DNA from: Circinaria calcarea
Lineage: Eukaryota
Assembly: GCA_051942165.1 (NCBI GenBank)
Contig: JAVECS010000033.1
Coordinates: 1-35,363 of the forward strand
Length of the DNA stretch: 35,363 nucleotides
Direction of reading: 5' to 3'
Made by a program: the position numbers and the translations under genes. The first letter of the stretch is position 1. Each line of letters opens with the position of its first letter. A model generated the notes under the pieces. That model worked only from the letters and a program-made list of their open reading frames with translations, did no database searches and was not told the DNA's origin. Of this stretch, positions 1-11,997 are shown piece after piece.

Positions 1-1246
1 CCAGCAGTAGTATACTGGGTCGTAGGTTTGTTCTTCGGGCCCTGGTCCTTTTTGGGTCCGGCATCAAGCTCACTAGCTTGCAGGGTTGACTTTCCACTAT
101 ATTGACACCAGAGAGCTGCTCTCCGCCTACAAACTCCATACTCCTGCGGAATATCTGAAGAAAAACCGTGCCTCGCGGCGAGATGTTGTCAAATTTGCGC
201 TCATCCAGCAGGCGGCTCAGTGCATCCTCGGATACTACACGGCCGACGATACGGAACTTTTCTATCCTGGCTCCTACGGTATAGCCACTTGGGCGCGGAG
301 AATCCGTCAATTCCAGTGTCTTGTTTCTTCAGCGGTGCATATGCTCGGCTTTGGAGTGGGCTCGGTCAAAATGGATTCGACCGGCATCAAGGCTATACTC
401 GGTGTCAAATTTGTTGAAGAATCTTTCGGTGCCTGCTTGAAGAATGCCACGCAGGCGACTTGTGCCGGAGCCAACACGTCCATTGCTAGTTATTCTCGCT
501 GGGAATGGGCGGTTGCTGAGATGATTTACTCGATAATTGTTCCACTCCTTCAATTCCTTTGTGCGATGGTCTTGGCAGATACCTTTCAGTACTTCACCCA
601 TCGAGCTTTTCACGTCAACAAGTGGCTTTACAGTAAGATTAGACAGGTCCCAACAGATCTTTCTAAGCTTACTAAAACTAATCCTAAACAGAACATATTC
701 ACTCGATGCATCATGATGTATACGTCCCTTTTGCCTACGGGGCGTTCTACAACCATCCTTTGGAAACAATCCCGATCGACAGCATTGGATTCCCCATGTG
801 CCTAGCAATTGCCGGCCTCAACAATCGCCAAGCTGCCCTATTCGGAGCCATCTGGACTTTCAAGACTGTCGTCGATCACTGCGGATATGATTTCCCCTAC
901 AACCCGTGCAACCTCATTTGCCCCAATTCGGTGCAATTCCATGACTTGCAGTAAGTAACTTTTGCACACACATTTGTTGAACTTGCAAACCTTGCTCCTC
1001 TAACGCGGGGTGTGCCACAGTCACCAAACCTGGGGGATGAAGTACAATTTTTCCGTCTACGCATCATTCTGGGACCGGGCGCTGGGAACTTACTGGGCCG
1101 GGTCCGATAGCAAAGCACAGGAGAAGTACGCCCGGGGAAGGAAAGTGGCGGAAGAATCGTTGGCCAAGAATCGGTCCGCCGACACGGCATTGAAGGCAGA
1201 GGCATTGGAAACCGACGCGGGATTTTCCACGGCTAGGGAATTGTGA
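1..1246 (+). CDS. SUR2: Sphinganine C4-hydroxylase (SUR2/BasA-like, fatty acid hydroxylase superfamily); 5' end lies outside the window
   Basis: Exons <1-25, 84-632, 692-950 and 1021-1246, joined by GT-AG introns, give one open frame. It contains the di-iron His boxes DTFQYFTHRAFH, KHIHSMHH, YVPFAYGAFYNHPLE, KTVVDHCGYDFP and FHDLHHQTWGMKYNF, as in fungal Sur2. Confidence 0.9.
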
Positions 1247-1608
1247 AATTAGATAGATGCTAGTAGTGTTCCTTTTTGTAGATATTCTCGGTGAAGATGG
1301 GGATTTTTTCTCCCGGGGGGGAAGGGGGGGGGCTGGCAATAGCAAACATACTGTGCTGTTGTCAAATATACGTACGGGGTTTCAAACCCTGTCTTTTCTC
1401 CAGCCCCCCATCATATTTACATGACCAAATTTTTCCCTCTCTCACACTTTTTCTCTCTCTGGAAATCACGTCTTTGGCTGAGTGAGTGACTCTCACGAGC
1501 GGTTCAGTTTATCTTGAAATCAGCCATCCCCATCTATCTCCGGCGCCAAAGAACGAAAAGGTTGTAAAAATCCCCCCCCCCCCTCCTTATTCAGTAGCTC
1601 TTTTTTCA

Positions 1609-2086
1609 AGGCATTTGGGCATTTGGGCATTTGGGCTCTTTGTTTACCCTCGCTTCCCTTTCTTTACCCCTATCCTATCCTATCCCATCCTATCCCATCC
1701 TATCCTATGCTATCCTCAATGGGTAACTTGGCTCTGCGAAGGGAAGCCTCCCCTCCCCCCCCTCCTAAAAAAAAGGAAAGAAAAAAGAAAAAAAAACCGA
1801 GGTACGGGGATGGGATAATGGAGGAAATTTTTCAACGGAGAGGTTAATGTAACAGGAGTCTACATTCCTTCCTTCCTTCCTTCTTTTCCGTAGTGTATGA
1901 CGGAAAATTTGCTAATTGCTAGATCTAGCATGGACGGATGGATAGGAGGGAGTGGGGGATTGGGGATTGGGGATTGGGATTTGTGAACTCGTATTCTTAT
2001 CTTTTTCGAAAAAAAAAAACCAAAACGAAAATGTTTTAAGCGTTCATCGCGGAGGGTTTTTTTGGCAAATTTCATTTCATTTCATT
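1609..2086. repeat. Cluster of simple repeats in the intergenic region between convergent genes
   Basis: GGCATTTG x~3 (~1609-1637), (TATCC)n (~1671-1707), (TTCC)n (~1865-1882), (GGGATT)n-like (~1955-1981), (TTTCA)n (~2070-2086), plus C and A homopolymers. Confidence 0.85.
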
Positions 2087-2439
2087 TTAATTAAGGATTG
2101 ATTGTGATGTGGATATGAGAGCTCCCCGGCATCCAAAAGACTGACCGATCAGCACCCTGGGAGCACGAACGACCAAAAAAACGCGCGCATATCTAAAAAG
2201 AAAAATGGAAAAAAATAATAAGAGAAAAGTTGGGTATCCTCGCGCAACAACCAATCAAACCCCCAGAAACTCCCCGCCATGTTCGCTTTGCGCCAAATTA
2301 TAATTATCCGCTCCCCGTCAAGATACCCGCTCTCGACCCGTTGGAATCGTAACTCGTAAAACTTGGGGAAAAAATAAGAAAGCCATCGTCGATAGACTCT
2401 GGAGATGGACAACGAAGTATCTGCGGTAGAATCCCGTCC

Positions 2440-4443
2440 TCACGGCCTCCATCCACCGCTAATCTCTTCTAGCATCTCCCTGCACCCGTTCAACCACGCG
2501 CAATCCAAGACCCGTCCGATCGTCCATCGTTCCTCCCAGTCCATACACAAGCAACCTTTGACCAGCTCCTGAACGTCTTCCCCGGCTCCCGCCAAAGCTT
2601 CTCGATTCCAGTCGCCAGCGAGGATCATCATCTGCACCCTCGGCTGGAACATGTGCTGGAACGGGAGATCACCCACCAGGAGTGCATAGACCACCACGCC
2701 AAAAGCCCAGATATCGACGGCCGGGTTTAGCAGACCAGCTGGGGAAAGAATGAGTTCGGGGGACGCGTACTGCAGACTGCCTGCAATGGAGGTGCTCGTG
2801 TCCGAAGGGCCGATGCTGCGAGACGACGGTCGATCGGACGTGCGGTCATAGACATCAGGGGAGTTGCTGCGAGTATCGCTCGTGATAAATTCGGAAAGAC
2901 CAAAGTCGCATAACAAGAGGTTTCCACCTTCAATGGAGGAGTCTGGGTGTGAGAAATCAATCAGACAGTTTTCGAGTTTGATATCGCGATGCACCACGCG
3001 AACATCTTCGTGCAGGTAACGGATTGCAGAGGCGAGTTGGTAGGTGTAACGTCTGGCCAGATCTTTTCGAAGCCCCTGACGATTGACGCGGATTAGGTCA
3101 AAGAGGGTGCCACCGGTGTTGAGCTGGGTAAAGCAGTAGGTGGCAAAGTCGGTGATATGAACGGCAATCAACGGAAGAATATGTCGATGGCTCAGACACC
3201 GCCACAGACTGATTTCGTGTTCGAATTCAGTCTGAAGCCGCTCATTCTCCAATTCGTCTTTGCCTGGAAGCTGCCTCCGCACAACTTTGACTGCGCGACA
3301 GATACGATTCTCTCCTTCAACAGTGAAGGCTTCCCGAACCACACTAAAGCCACCAAACCCGATTTCCTTACCCAGGACGTATTCGCCCACTTCCTGTCCT
3401 TCGTCATCCGGGCTAAGTGGCGCTTCTTCTCTGTTCCATTTCGACAAAAATGCTGTAGCAGGGGATAAAGATGACGATGATCGTCGTGAGCCGGACCGTC
3501 GGCCCTGCCTTAGGCTAGCATTTCGTTCGTATGTGAATGTTTTAGCCCGAGATGCTGATGCCTGTCGTCTAGGTTTGGGCCAGGCGCTGGACTCCTCGAG
3601 CGAAGTAGGATGGTAGTATGGAGAATATAGCTGGATTGGCGAAGTGAGACATTCCATTATACCGTCGGATGGCGTGGAAACCTCTTCGGCAATAGAGGAT
3701 GCGGTGGTCTGTGAGGTCAAGGACGCAGCGCGTTCGGAGTCAATTGACCGATCTTCAAGCGCCAAATCGTCCACTGTAGTCTGCAGCAGCGGGTATCGAG
3801 ATTTGCTGTGAAAGAGCTGTTTTTCTCGGCCGGCATACGTGAGCTTGGTACTTGAGTTGGTAAATTCACCAGTAATGGGATCGTAACTGGTACGATCTGC
3901 TTCGCTGTGAGCTCTCTCTAACGGTGATCGCAAAGGACGCTTGGCTAACTCTTTCAACAAAGATCTCCCCCGAGATCTTGTCTTGATATTTAGCTTGGGC
4001 GATGACTGTTCAATGGCCGCCGAATGGCCGGGGTGAAAGATGGGTTTCGGGTCAAAGCTAATAGAGGTCTTCCGCGATTGCAAGAAGCCTTCCAGAGGGG
4101 ATGGTTCATGATATCGTTCTTCGTGTATCAACGGCTCTATCTCATACCTTCGGCTCGCGGAGCTATCGGCGCTGTGTGACGGAACATTGATAGGTGGTGT
4201 GAATGCTTGGATCCCGTCTCTGCCTGGGCCAGCAGCTGCAGGTGAGCTCAGGTCATGTCTATTGTACGCCGCAGCAGGCTGCAACGTGAAATCCCAACCA
4301 CTACCTGCTGCCTGCCTAATCTCTGCAGTGTAATCGTGATCGTTATCGCGGCTGAGTATAGGGCCTTCGGTTGATCTGTCGGCGATCGGTGTAGCGGTTT
4401 CAACTCTGAGCTTCCGGAATTTTGTCTGTAGGTCGAAGGCCAT
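2440..4443 (-). CDS. Ser/Thr protein kinase (CAMK-like group, possibly Nnk1-related), 667 aa, intronless, with a long Ser-rich N-terminus
   Basis: Single ORF with Gly-loop IGFGGFSVV, RAVKVV, HRDIKLEN, CDFGL, GSLQYASPE and DIWAFGVV. Confidence 0.92.
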   Translation of the reverse strand: MAFDLQTKFRKLRVETATPIADRSTEGPILSRDNDHDYTAEIRQAAGSGWDFTLQPAAAYNRHDLSSPAAAGPGRDGIQAFTPPINVPSHSADSSASRRYEIEPLIHEERYHEPSPLEGFLQSRKTSISFDPKPIFHPGHSAAIEQSSPKLNIKTRSRGRSLLKELAKRPLRSPLERAHSEADRTSYDPITGEFTNSSTKLTYAGREKQLFHSKSRYPLLQTTVDDLALEDRSIDSERAASLTSQTTASSIAEEVSTPSDGIMECLTSPIQLYSPYYHPTSLEESSAWPKPRRQASASRAKTFTYERNASLRQGRRSGSRRSSSSLSPATAFLSKWNREEAPLSPDDEGQEVGEYVLGKEIGFGGFSVVREAFTVEGENRICRAVKVVRRQLPGKDELENERLQTEFEHEISLWRCLSHRHILPLIAVHITDFATYCFTQLNTGGTLFDLIRVNRQGLRKDLARRYTYQLASAIRYLHEDVRVVHRDIKLENCLIDFSHPDSSIEGGNLLLCDFGLSEFITSDTRSNSPDVYDRTSDRPSSRSIGPSDTSTSIAGSLQYASPELILSPAGLLNPAVDIWAFGVVVYALLVGDLPFQHMFQPRVQMMILAGDWNREALAGAGEDVQELVKGCLCMDWEERWTIGRVLDCAWLNGCREMLEEISGGWRP

Positions 4444-5612
4444 CCCCCCACGCCAGCAACCACGAGTGTGATGGCGGGCTTTGAGCCGCAGCGGCGAGCT
4501 CCTTGCGCTCCTCTTATAGCCCAGAGACGGTGCACAAGGTCACACGGCTGAAATGGACAGATATGCGAAGGAACCAATGACACACGTTCGCTCTCGTGTC
4601 GCACGCTTCCTATTTCTTCCGATATCTATAGATAGTCTTATCAGATGGGTTTCGTTGAGGGGGCTGTTTGATGAAATTGGTTCACGGCGCCACCCTTGGC
4701 AGGATTTGGGTATTCCCGAGTCTCAGGGGGAGGAAGTGGGTCGAGCAAGAAAGAGATTGCAGAGGCGATACGGAGTAATTGATGAACAGTTGGACTCGGC
4801 TTCGTTGAAGAGCGACAATTAAAGCGAGCTCCCCCACCTTTGGATCTGCGCAAAGGGACGGACCGTGCCTTTGTTCGATTTCTTCTTAGGTAAAGGCTTA
4901 GGTAACGGTGACGGGTCGCCAGTAGATATATTCGAGGGCGCCTCTATCAGGGCGGTGATGCTATAAGTCTGGTGTGATAGTTTCAGTGCTGTATGCAAGG
5001 TGACACAGGCTGGGTGTTTTTATATATGCGGTCTTCCTGGGAGAGTTTGACGCTTTGCGGAGATATTGGACACAATCCAAATTTGGCCTTGAGCCTTGGC
5101 TCCGGTCGGGCCTTGGCAGTTCGTCATCCCTAACTAAGGTCGCGCTTGTCTCGGTAAGGCTACTACTGTCAAGCCCTGGAGCGGTGGTAAGCGAGGGCAA
5201 GTGGCCGATCTCGGGGAGGCTACGGCCGTGCTACTCCCGTACCATAGCTGTCGCTGCCCTTTACTACTGTATACATGTCGAGATTAAACAAGACATATAC
5301 AACATATGGTTAACAGTCACGACCGCCTCAGCTATTCATTATGGCGATACCAGAATTACCGTTCCGGTTTCATGACAGCTTCACATTACGAAACGTGCAA
5401 CTTCCTTGTCAGACATCATGCTGCCTTCCCGAAAACACCCGATCACAGGCCACGCAACCTGTCTGGCCGTTGCAGAAAAGACAAATACAACTGGCCGCAC
5501 TGAGATAGGAAGTCTCCTCCTGAGTGTGTGGAACGGTAACCTCTTGCGCTGGGTTCCATCTTCGCTTGGCGTAACGGGTGGCTTGGTATTCTAACCAGGC
5601 AGAGCGCATCAG

Positions 5613-6840
5613 TTACGTAAAAGCCCTCTCTTCCTGCAACCCATCAACATCGACCCCTAACGCTAATTTGCCCATATTGCTTCCACCCTCAAATCTGTTC
5701 GTGCCCTTTCCTCAGTCCCACCAAGTCCCAGTTCCAATATCTGCGTACGATGGCACTTGATTTCTCCCTTCCCGATTAGCTGCCTCAACCCGGCCAGTAT
5801 CCTTCTGTGGCTATCCACATCCACATCCACTCGATAATATAGATTCGTGCCCAGCAACTCCCATACATACGTCAGCCACTTGGTCATGAACTCCCACACT
5901 CCGTACCATATGTCTTCGCTTGGTCCTGGACTATGCTGCAAACCTTATCAACCGGCGCGCATACTGAAGCGCAAAGGGCCCATGTACATGTCAGTCGAGT
6001 GAGTCATGAATATATAACGTAAAGGTACCTTGAGGTTAAGCGCATCGATCTGGGACTGTAAATCTCCGCGGTGATTGATAGTATGCGTGGCACCCATTCT
6101 TTGGCTGAACTCTTGAGTCTCCAAACGAGATGCGGTGGTCATGACGATAAGGGAGTCTTGAGAATGGTTCTAGCAATCTGAGAAGCTACACTTCCCACTC
6201 CCGAAAAGGAAACACTATCAAAATCGCATATTAAGACTTGTTTACACGCCGAATTCCAATAGACGGGACTGTAGGAACCTCCTGATCCATTGATAATCAA
6301 CAGCATCGTCTCCTCACCTTTCTTCATCTCCATCCTCTCCACCAATGCCTCATACACCGTGATATACGTTAATGACATGGCGGACTTAATTTTTTGGCCT
6401 TTTTGGCAACGCGTCTTGCATGGACAAGCTGATGTTCTGCCTTGCTACCGTAGCGTATGGAACTGACAGAGTAAAAGACGTCGTCTCCAGGCTTGACCGA
6501 GCTTCCTAAATCAAGCCCGAACTCTTCGACTGTGCCAGCGCCATCGAAGCCAATGATTTGAGAAGGTCGTAGGACGCAACCACAATAGTCTCCGTAGTCA
6601 TCGTAGACTCCCCTGCGAACTCTAACATCAATGGGGTCGACAGCGCAGGCTTTGACTCTCAGGGAATGAGGGTGTTAGTGGTCAGATGTAGTATCGAGAT
6701 TGTGCTAGAACACACAACAATCGCCTTACTTGATCAGCAGATTATGGCATCGAGGTTTCTCTGGCTTGGTGACCTTCTCTGCAATTAAGTTCTTGACAAT
6801 CTCCATATTGCTCAACCGCCATAACTTGCATTTCGACCAT
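5613..6840 (-). pseudogene. Zinc-binding alcohol dehydrogenase / quinone oxidoreductase (MDR family) pseudogene
   Basis: Fragments in changing frames: MVEMQVMAVEQYG; VKACAVDPIDVRVR..IIGFDGAGTVEE..VKPGDDVFYS; MSLTYITVYEALVERM..LLIINGSG/GVGSVASQIAR; TTASRLETQEFSQRMGATHTINHR; GKLALGVD..RAFT*. Frameshifts at about 6810, 6385, 6150, 5725 and 5690. Confidence 0.85.
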
Positions 6841-7588
6841 TCTCGGTGACACAAGATCGGAAAACCTCCACAAGTACTTTTGCAGAACCACCGTACAGAT
6901 GAGACAGCATTGTTAAAGGGAAGCTTAGGAACATGATGCAAGTGAACGTGCCTGATCACTGTGAGGATGACTGAACGTGACATCCAAAATTTAACAGTTT
7001 CCCATGTGGCCAAATCAAGTTAGATTGGAATGCGGCCTTGGCATTCCCATATGATCGAGGTCAGTGAACAAACACGTTCCCGATAGAGGTGAAAAACATA
7101 GAGTCGTGTCTACAGCTCCATGTAGGTCTAATATACGGATGGGATACATGTGATAAGCCATCCAGCGTCTGACATGCTCCGTCCGCGGCAGCTTCTACTT
7201 TTCTACCTTATACCGCTTTTCAACAGCAGTCAAGCTGCGTAGATCACGGGATGTCCACAGATGAGAGACATGTCAGGGAATACGGCGAGGCGTGAGAATC
7301 AACTAGCAGAAGATCTCCAGCCATGACAGATGTCATCTAGGGTGGCAGGTCAACGAGGTAATCTGGCGAATCTGCATTACTCCTACTGCTCGCACCACAC
7401 CTTCACTCAAGTAAGACGAGACGCTGTATTGAGCCTTTTCTCTCAGGTAGACGACTGTTCCTACTCATTTTATCGATTCCATCTGTTTTCGTGCCGCAGA
7501 GTTCCACAGTAACTTCCGATGCTACTTAATCGCTTCTCTTTCTTGATACCAGAGTCTTTCAAATCAGAATTCAAGACTTCTTTAGTGA

Positions 7589-8184
7589 TCACCACTCTTG
7601 ATTGGAATCGGAAGTCGTTGGAGGATCCCAATGCGATTCGGCAGCTGGCGCAGACTCCCAAGTCGGTTCGGGGGCTTGCCCAAGACCCTGGTTTGGCTCG
7701 GGAGATGATGCAGTACCATACGCTTCAAACGCAGCCTGACCCCATGGGTATCGCAGCAAGGTTTCCTTCTCTAAACTTGCTGTCAGTACCACTATCACCT
7801 AGCATTGGTGATAGGAAGGATATACCTGTATTTACCCCCGGGCACCACCGTGAATTGCGTAATCCCACCCCTTCGAACGTCAGTTGATCTCCGGACCACC
7901 TGGATGAGGATTCTTACAGCCAGTCACAGCTTCTAGTTGACTGTTCGGATCTCCTCCAGGCAGTACCTCGATTACATTTGGAAAGGTTTTCAGCAACAAT
8001 TCCCCTATATTTGCGTCTGAGAGACCGGCGCGATGGAGATAGGCGACAAAGACTTCATGCTCCAAGGTATAGTGACTACGGAGTTTTGAGGTAGGCCATT
8101 GATCTAGGAAAGTGTCAGCTCTACTGCCATAGTGAGTTCCTTGAATTTCTTACTCCGATTGCCACTTTGGGTGTATCCTGACAT
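7589..8184 (-). CDS. Hypothetical 147-aa protein with 4 exons
   Basis: Exons 8184-8154, 8103-7918, 7870-7826 and 7770-7589. The three 47-55 nt introns (donors GTAAGA, GTAAGA, GTATAT) each have a CTGAC branch site and a terminal AG. Together the exons give a 444-nt stop-free frame, MSGYTQSGNRNQWPTSKLRSHYTLEHEVFVAYLHRAG...SDSNQEW*. Confidence 0.72.
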
Positions 8185-8956
8185 TTTGATTCGTAACTCC
8201 TTGCAGGTCTATTGTATGAATGTATCACAACTTTGAATAATTGGACAGAAACTGAAGTGCTCGAGAACAGGAATCAATCTTGCTTATCTCTGAGCGAAAC
8301 TGAAGAGTTAAACGATTGATGAGTTATGAACAGATGAACGACAGCCCTACCCGCGTGAAGCGAGTAGGCAGTGAACGTTTGTGATTATGTGAGTCAAAGG
8401 GAAAACATGATGAAACTTTTGCCGCAAGCAAAGATTAACACTGATTTGATTAGGCTAATCCACTGTGTTTGGTCAAACACGTGGTCCAAAAATCAGTTGC
8501 TCGAATTGCTAAGATCTCAACGAAGTTCTAGAAAGAAGAATGATTGCTCATAACCAGAGAGATGATTCCCTATAGATCTATGCATCATGCAATCATTCCG
8601 CTATTCTCATACTCATATGGAAAATGGTGTTCTTCTAGTATTTTAAACAGGACCGCTTTTACTTTAAGGTTGCTGATGTTTGCACTGGCAAATCCAACGC
8701 AAAGTCCAAGGGGCTATACCGTCACGTCCGGCTCCGAAGAGGTCTTTACATATGGAATCTCAGTGTCACCTCTGGTTAAGGAGGACTGAATGGTGCGAAC
8801 GCCCTCTCAGTTATATACGCTTTTACCAGCTTAACCTCATCTTCTTCTCTAGGGCCTTTTATATTATTCTTCAATTCGCCATTACGGCCCTTCTTCGAAA
8901 TCGGCAGAGACTACTTCTTGCCGGTACGATGACTAGTCTTCTCGACGTACAGGGCA

Positions 8957-9290
8957 GATGCTAGAAGTAGTTGGAAAGCGACGGAGGGTATCCTTGATGA
9001 CCGCGAGGGTATGGGGTAATGGGTTCTGGTTGTGAGGGTTCAAAGTAGTCACAGTGGTGGTCGGTAACAGATTAGAGCCAAATACGGCATCTAGTTCCGT
9101 AAGGAGACGCTGAAGGCTTAAGGGTGCTTAGTTAAAGGGCAATGTACACAAGCGTCACGGCCAGCAATATAAAAAGCTTCAGTTTATTGATGATGAGCTC
9201 CTTCAAGCTAGCATTCATCTCTAGCTTCGTCTTGCCACCAGGACTTTCCGAGAAGTGTGCTTTAAGGCCGGATTTACGACCGACCTTACT
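8957..9290 (-). pseudogene. Cytochrome P450 remnant (StcS/CYP59-like), I- to K-helix region
   Basis: Frameshifted reading KSVVNPALKAHFSE...MNASLKELIINKLKLFI(F)AGRD gives the I-helix. QRLLTELDAVFG...LPHTLAVIKDTLRRFPTTSSI is a degenerate ExxR helix. No intact heme motif was found. Confidence 0.7.
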
Positions 9291-10127
9291 CGCTTCGCTT
9301 CTTTCCGTCGTAAGTGTTCTGGCAGGCGGCAAAACGAGCCTCCAGCTTGCAAGGTAGAAGGTTAATTGTCTGTTGGCTATAGTACCATTGGGCTCAGAAG
9401 CATGTATCGGTCTATAGGCTAGGTTTACCAGTACCCATTGGGAAACGGGCGGAAATACTCTCCTCCTAGCCCGTTGCGGCTGCCTACAAGTTATTAGGCA
9501 AAGGCATATCTGGCCAACTTGCTGCAACATTCACTCACGATAACACATCATTTGCTGTGAATGGGTGACTGGGATTGGAGACATCAAGGCATAGGATAGG
9601 CATTGCTACACTCTTGTTTCATAGTATGGCTTTGACAGCAGGCAAGGATGCCCTGAAAGAGAATCAAGAGGATCAAGAAAATGTCGTGCGCGTGATCTCG
9701 AAAAGGCTGGAGGCACAGTTCTGCATTTTCCGGTGTCTCGCCGCCTTCAGAGAGAATACCAGACCCATGGCTCAATCTAGACACACAAAGTGGTGTGAAA
9801 GTCAGCGATCCCATTGCCAGTGCAGTATGCACCTGTACGGCGCGTTAAGGACTAACTTGGAGCCTCAGAGCTTTATGCCCCCGAAATACCTACGTGTAAC
9901 TCGAGACCGTGTCATTCTGGCGGTACCATACACTCACTGGCTCGCAGCTGAAGGATCCCTGCATGCTACTCCGTTTTGCTGCTTAAGGCGTACGGTAGAT
10001 TCCAAGTTTCTCTGGCCGAAGATCGAGCACTTCTTGATCGTGCAAGGCAAATTTGTTGACCTACCTCCTCCATTTTCTATTCTGCGGGGGTCAGTTCTTC
10101 CTGGCAAGGAATATTCCGACAACAAAC

Positions 10128-11821
10128 ATGGAATCGATCAGGAATTCGAAAGCATTCCTTTTGGCTGGAGTTGTTACACTGTTCTACCTCATTTGTCGTC
10201 TCATCTATCGTCTCTATCTAAGTCCTCATGCAAAGATCCCTGGACTAAAGCTTGCCGCGTCAATGGACTGGTATGAACGGTACTATGATCTCGTACTCAA
10301 GGCTAGGTTTCCCTGGAAAATCAAGGAGCTGCATGAGACATATGGTATCAAACCATTGTCCACGAGACATGATACGCTCTTCTTACAATCTCCATAGGTT
10401 CAATTATCCGCATACGGCCATACGAGGTTCATATCAACGATCCAGCTTTCGGCGACACCTTCTTCGGTTCGGGCACTGAGAGAATGGACAAGTATGCGGG
10501 TCACCATGACCAGTTTGGTATGCCAGAATCTACCTTCAATACCATCGATCATGATTTACACAAACTACGGAGAGGCGCTATAGGCCCTTATTTCTCGAGG
10601 CGGAGTATTATCGCGCTCGAACTGATGCTGCAAGAAAAGATTGAAAAATTTTGCTCACGCCTAGAGGGCTTTAGGACGTCAGGGGAACCTGTTGATTTAC
10701 GCTTGCTGTTCTCGTGCTTTACTACGGATGTCATAACTGAATACGCTTTTCCTCATTCCTTCGACCTCCTCGATACACCTGACCTTGCACCGGCCTGGCG
10801 GGAAACGTTCTCTACGGGGCTTCGCAACTTCCACTGGTTCAAACATTTCCCCTTCCTGTGGAAAGTTCTGCGCTCGATTCCGGACAATTTGATGTTCAAA
10901 TTAGCTCCAGAGATGAAGCTCACTATTGACTGGGAACGAGGCAATCAGCGACTGATTCGACAGATCATGGATACGTATGATCCGAACGATAAGAAAGCTT
11001 CACATCCAACGATCTTCCACGAAATCTTGGGCAGCGATCTCCCTCCACAGGAGAAGAGCTATGAAAGGCTATGGCAAGAAGGGGAGTCTATGATCGGCGG
11101 CGGGGTAGAGACGATCGCAAACACCCTTAACGTTATTATGTTCAATCTCTTGACACACCCGGAGCAGCTTGCCTGCGTCAAGCAAGAGCTTCACACCGCG
11201 ATGCCTACATTAGGCTCACCGCCTTCATGGAGTTTGTTGGAAGGTCTACCATACCTATCAGCAGTCATCTCAGAAGGCCTCCGCACGGCGATGGGAGTTA
11301 CATCCCGCTTCATCCACGTTGCCCCGAACCGTGATCTCGTATATAATGCTTGGGTTATTCCCGTGGGAACGGCTGTTTTCATGAGCATTATGTTGCTTCA
11401 TCATAATCCTCAGGTTTTCCCTAAACCATATGCATTTCTTCCCGAGCGCTGGCTTAATGGTGATTTAAGCAGAAGCGATTTATTTCAGTTTGGGAAGGGT
11501 CCTAGGATGTGTGGTGGCCTTAAGTAAGTTGTTCCACCAAAAGCTTTCCCTTTGCAGCGAAACGGCAATGCTGACACTTAATTATACAGCCTTGCATACG
11601 CAGAACTTTACCTGGCTCTTGCATCAATTCTCGGGCGTTTCGACTTCTCTCTGTATGAAACCACGAAAGAGGATATTGATCCGGTTTGTGATGCGTGCAT
11701 GCCCATGCCAAAGGTGGACTCCAAAGGCGTGCGGGTTATGGTAAGGCGAGGGACTCGGAAAGCGTATAACGATATTTCGAGAGTAAAAAGATCCTTCCGG
11801 CCTATCCAGGTCATGTTTTGA
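10128..11821 (+). CDS. Cytochrome P450 of the CYP58/trichodiene oxygenase-like clan, about 524 aa, apparently intact
   Basis: Exons 10128-10344, 10398-11523 and 11590-11821. Motifs: N-terminal membrane anchor, KIPG..AA..WYE.YYD, IGGGVET (I-helix), SEGLR, PERW, FGKGPRMCGG (heme Cys) and NLAYAELY. Confidence 0.92.
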
Positions 11822-11997
11822 TGACGAAATCATTTCCGTTGAACACATAGAATTAAAACTTATTGTCGTTATAATATAAACGCTTTACTATTCAACGCAT
11901 GTGTTATTGATATATGCAAGATGTTCTTGAATCTAAGTACGCAGCCAAATTCGAGAAGCAGTGATCTTTGCTTTCTGAGACCTTCGTTCTTGACCAC

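Noticed and set aside
1291..2412. Several short ORFs between SUR2 and the kinase
   Set aside because: Low-complexity translations of homopolymers and microsatellites.
7519..7887. 122-aa plus-strand ORF
   Set aside because: It is antisense to the better-supported spliced minus-strand gene and crosses its introns.
9575..10276. 233-aa plus-strand ORF
   Set aside because: No recognisable motif, a non-ATG start, and out-of-frame overlap with exon 1 of the P450.
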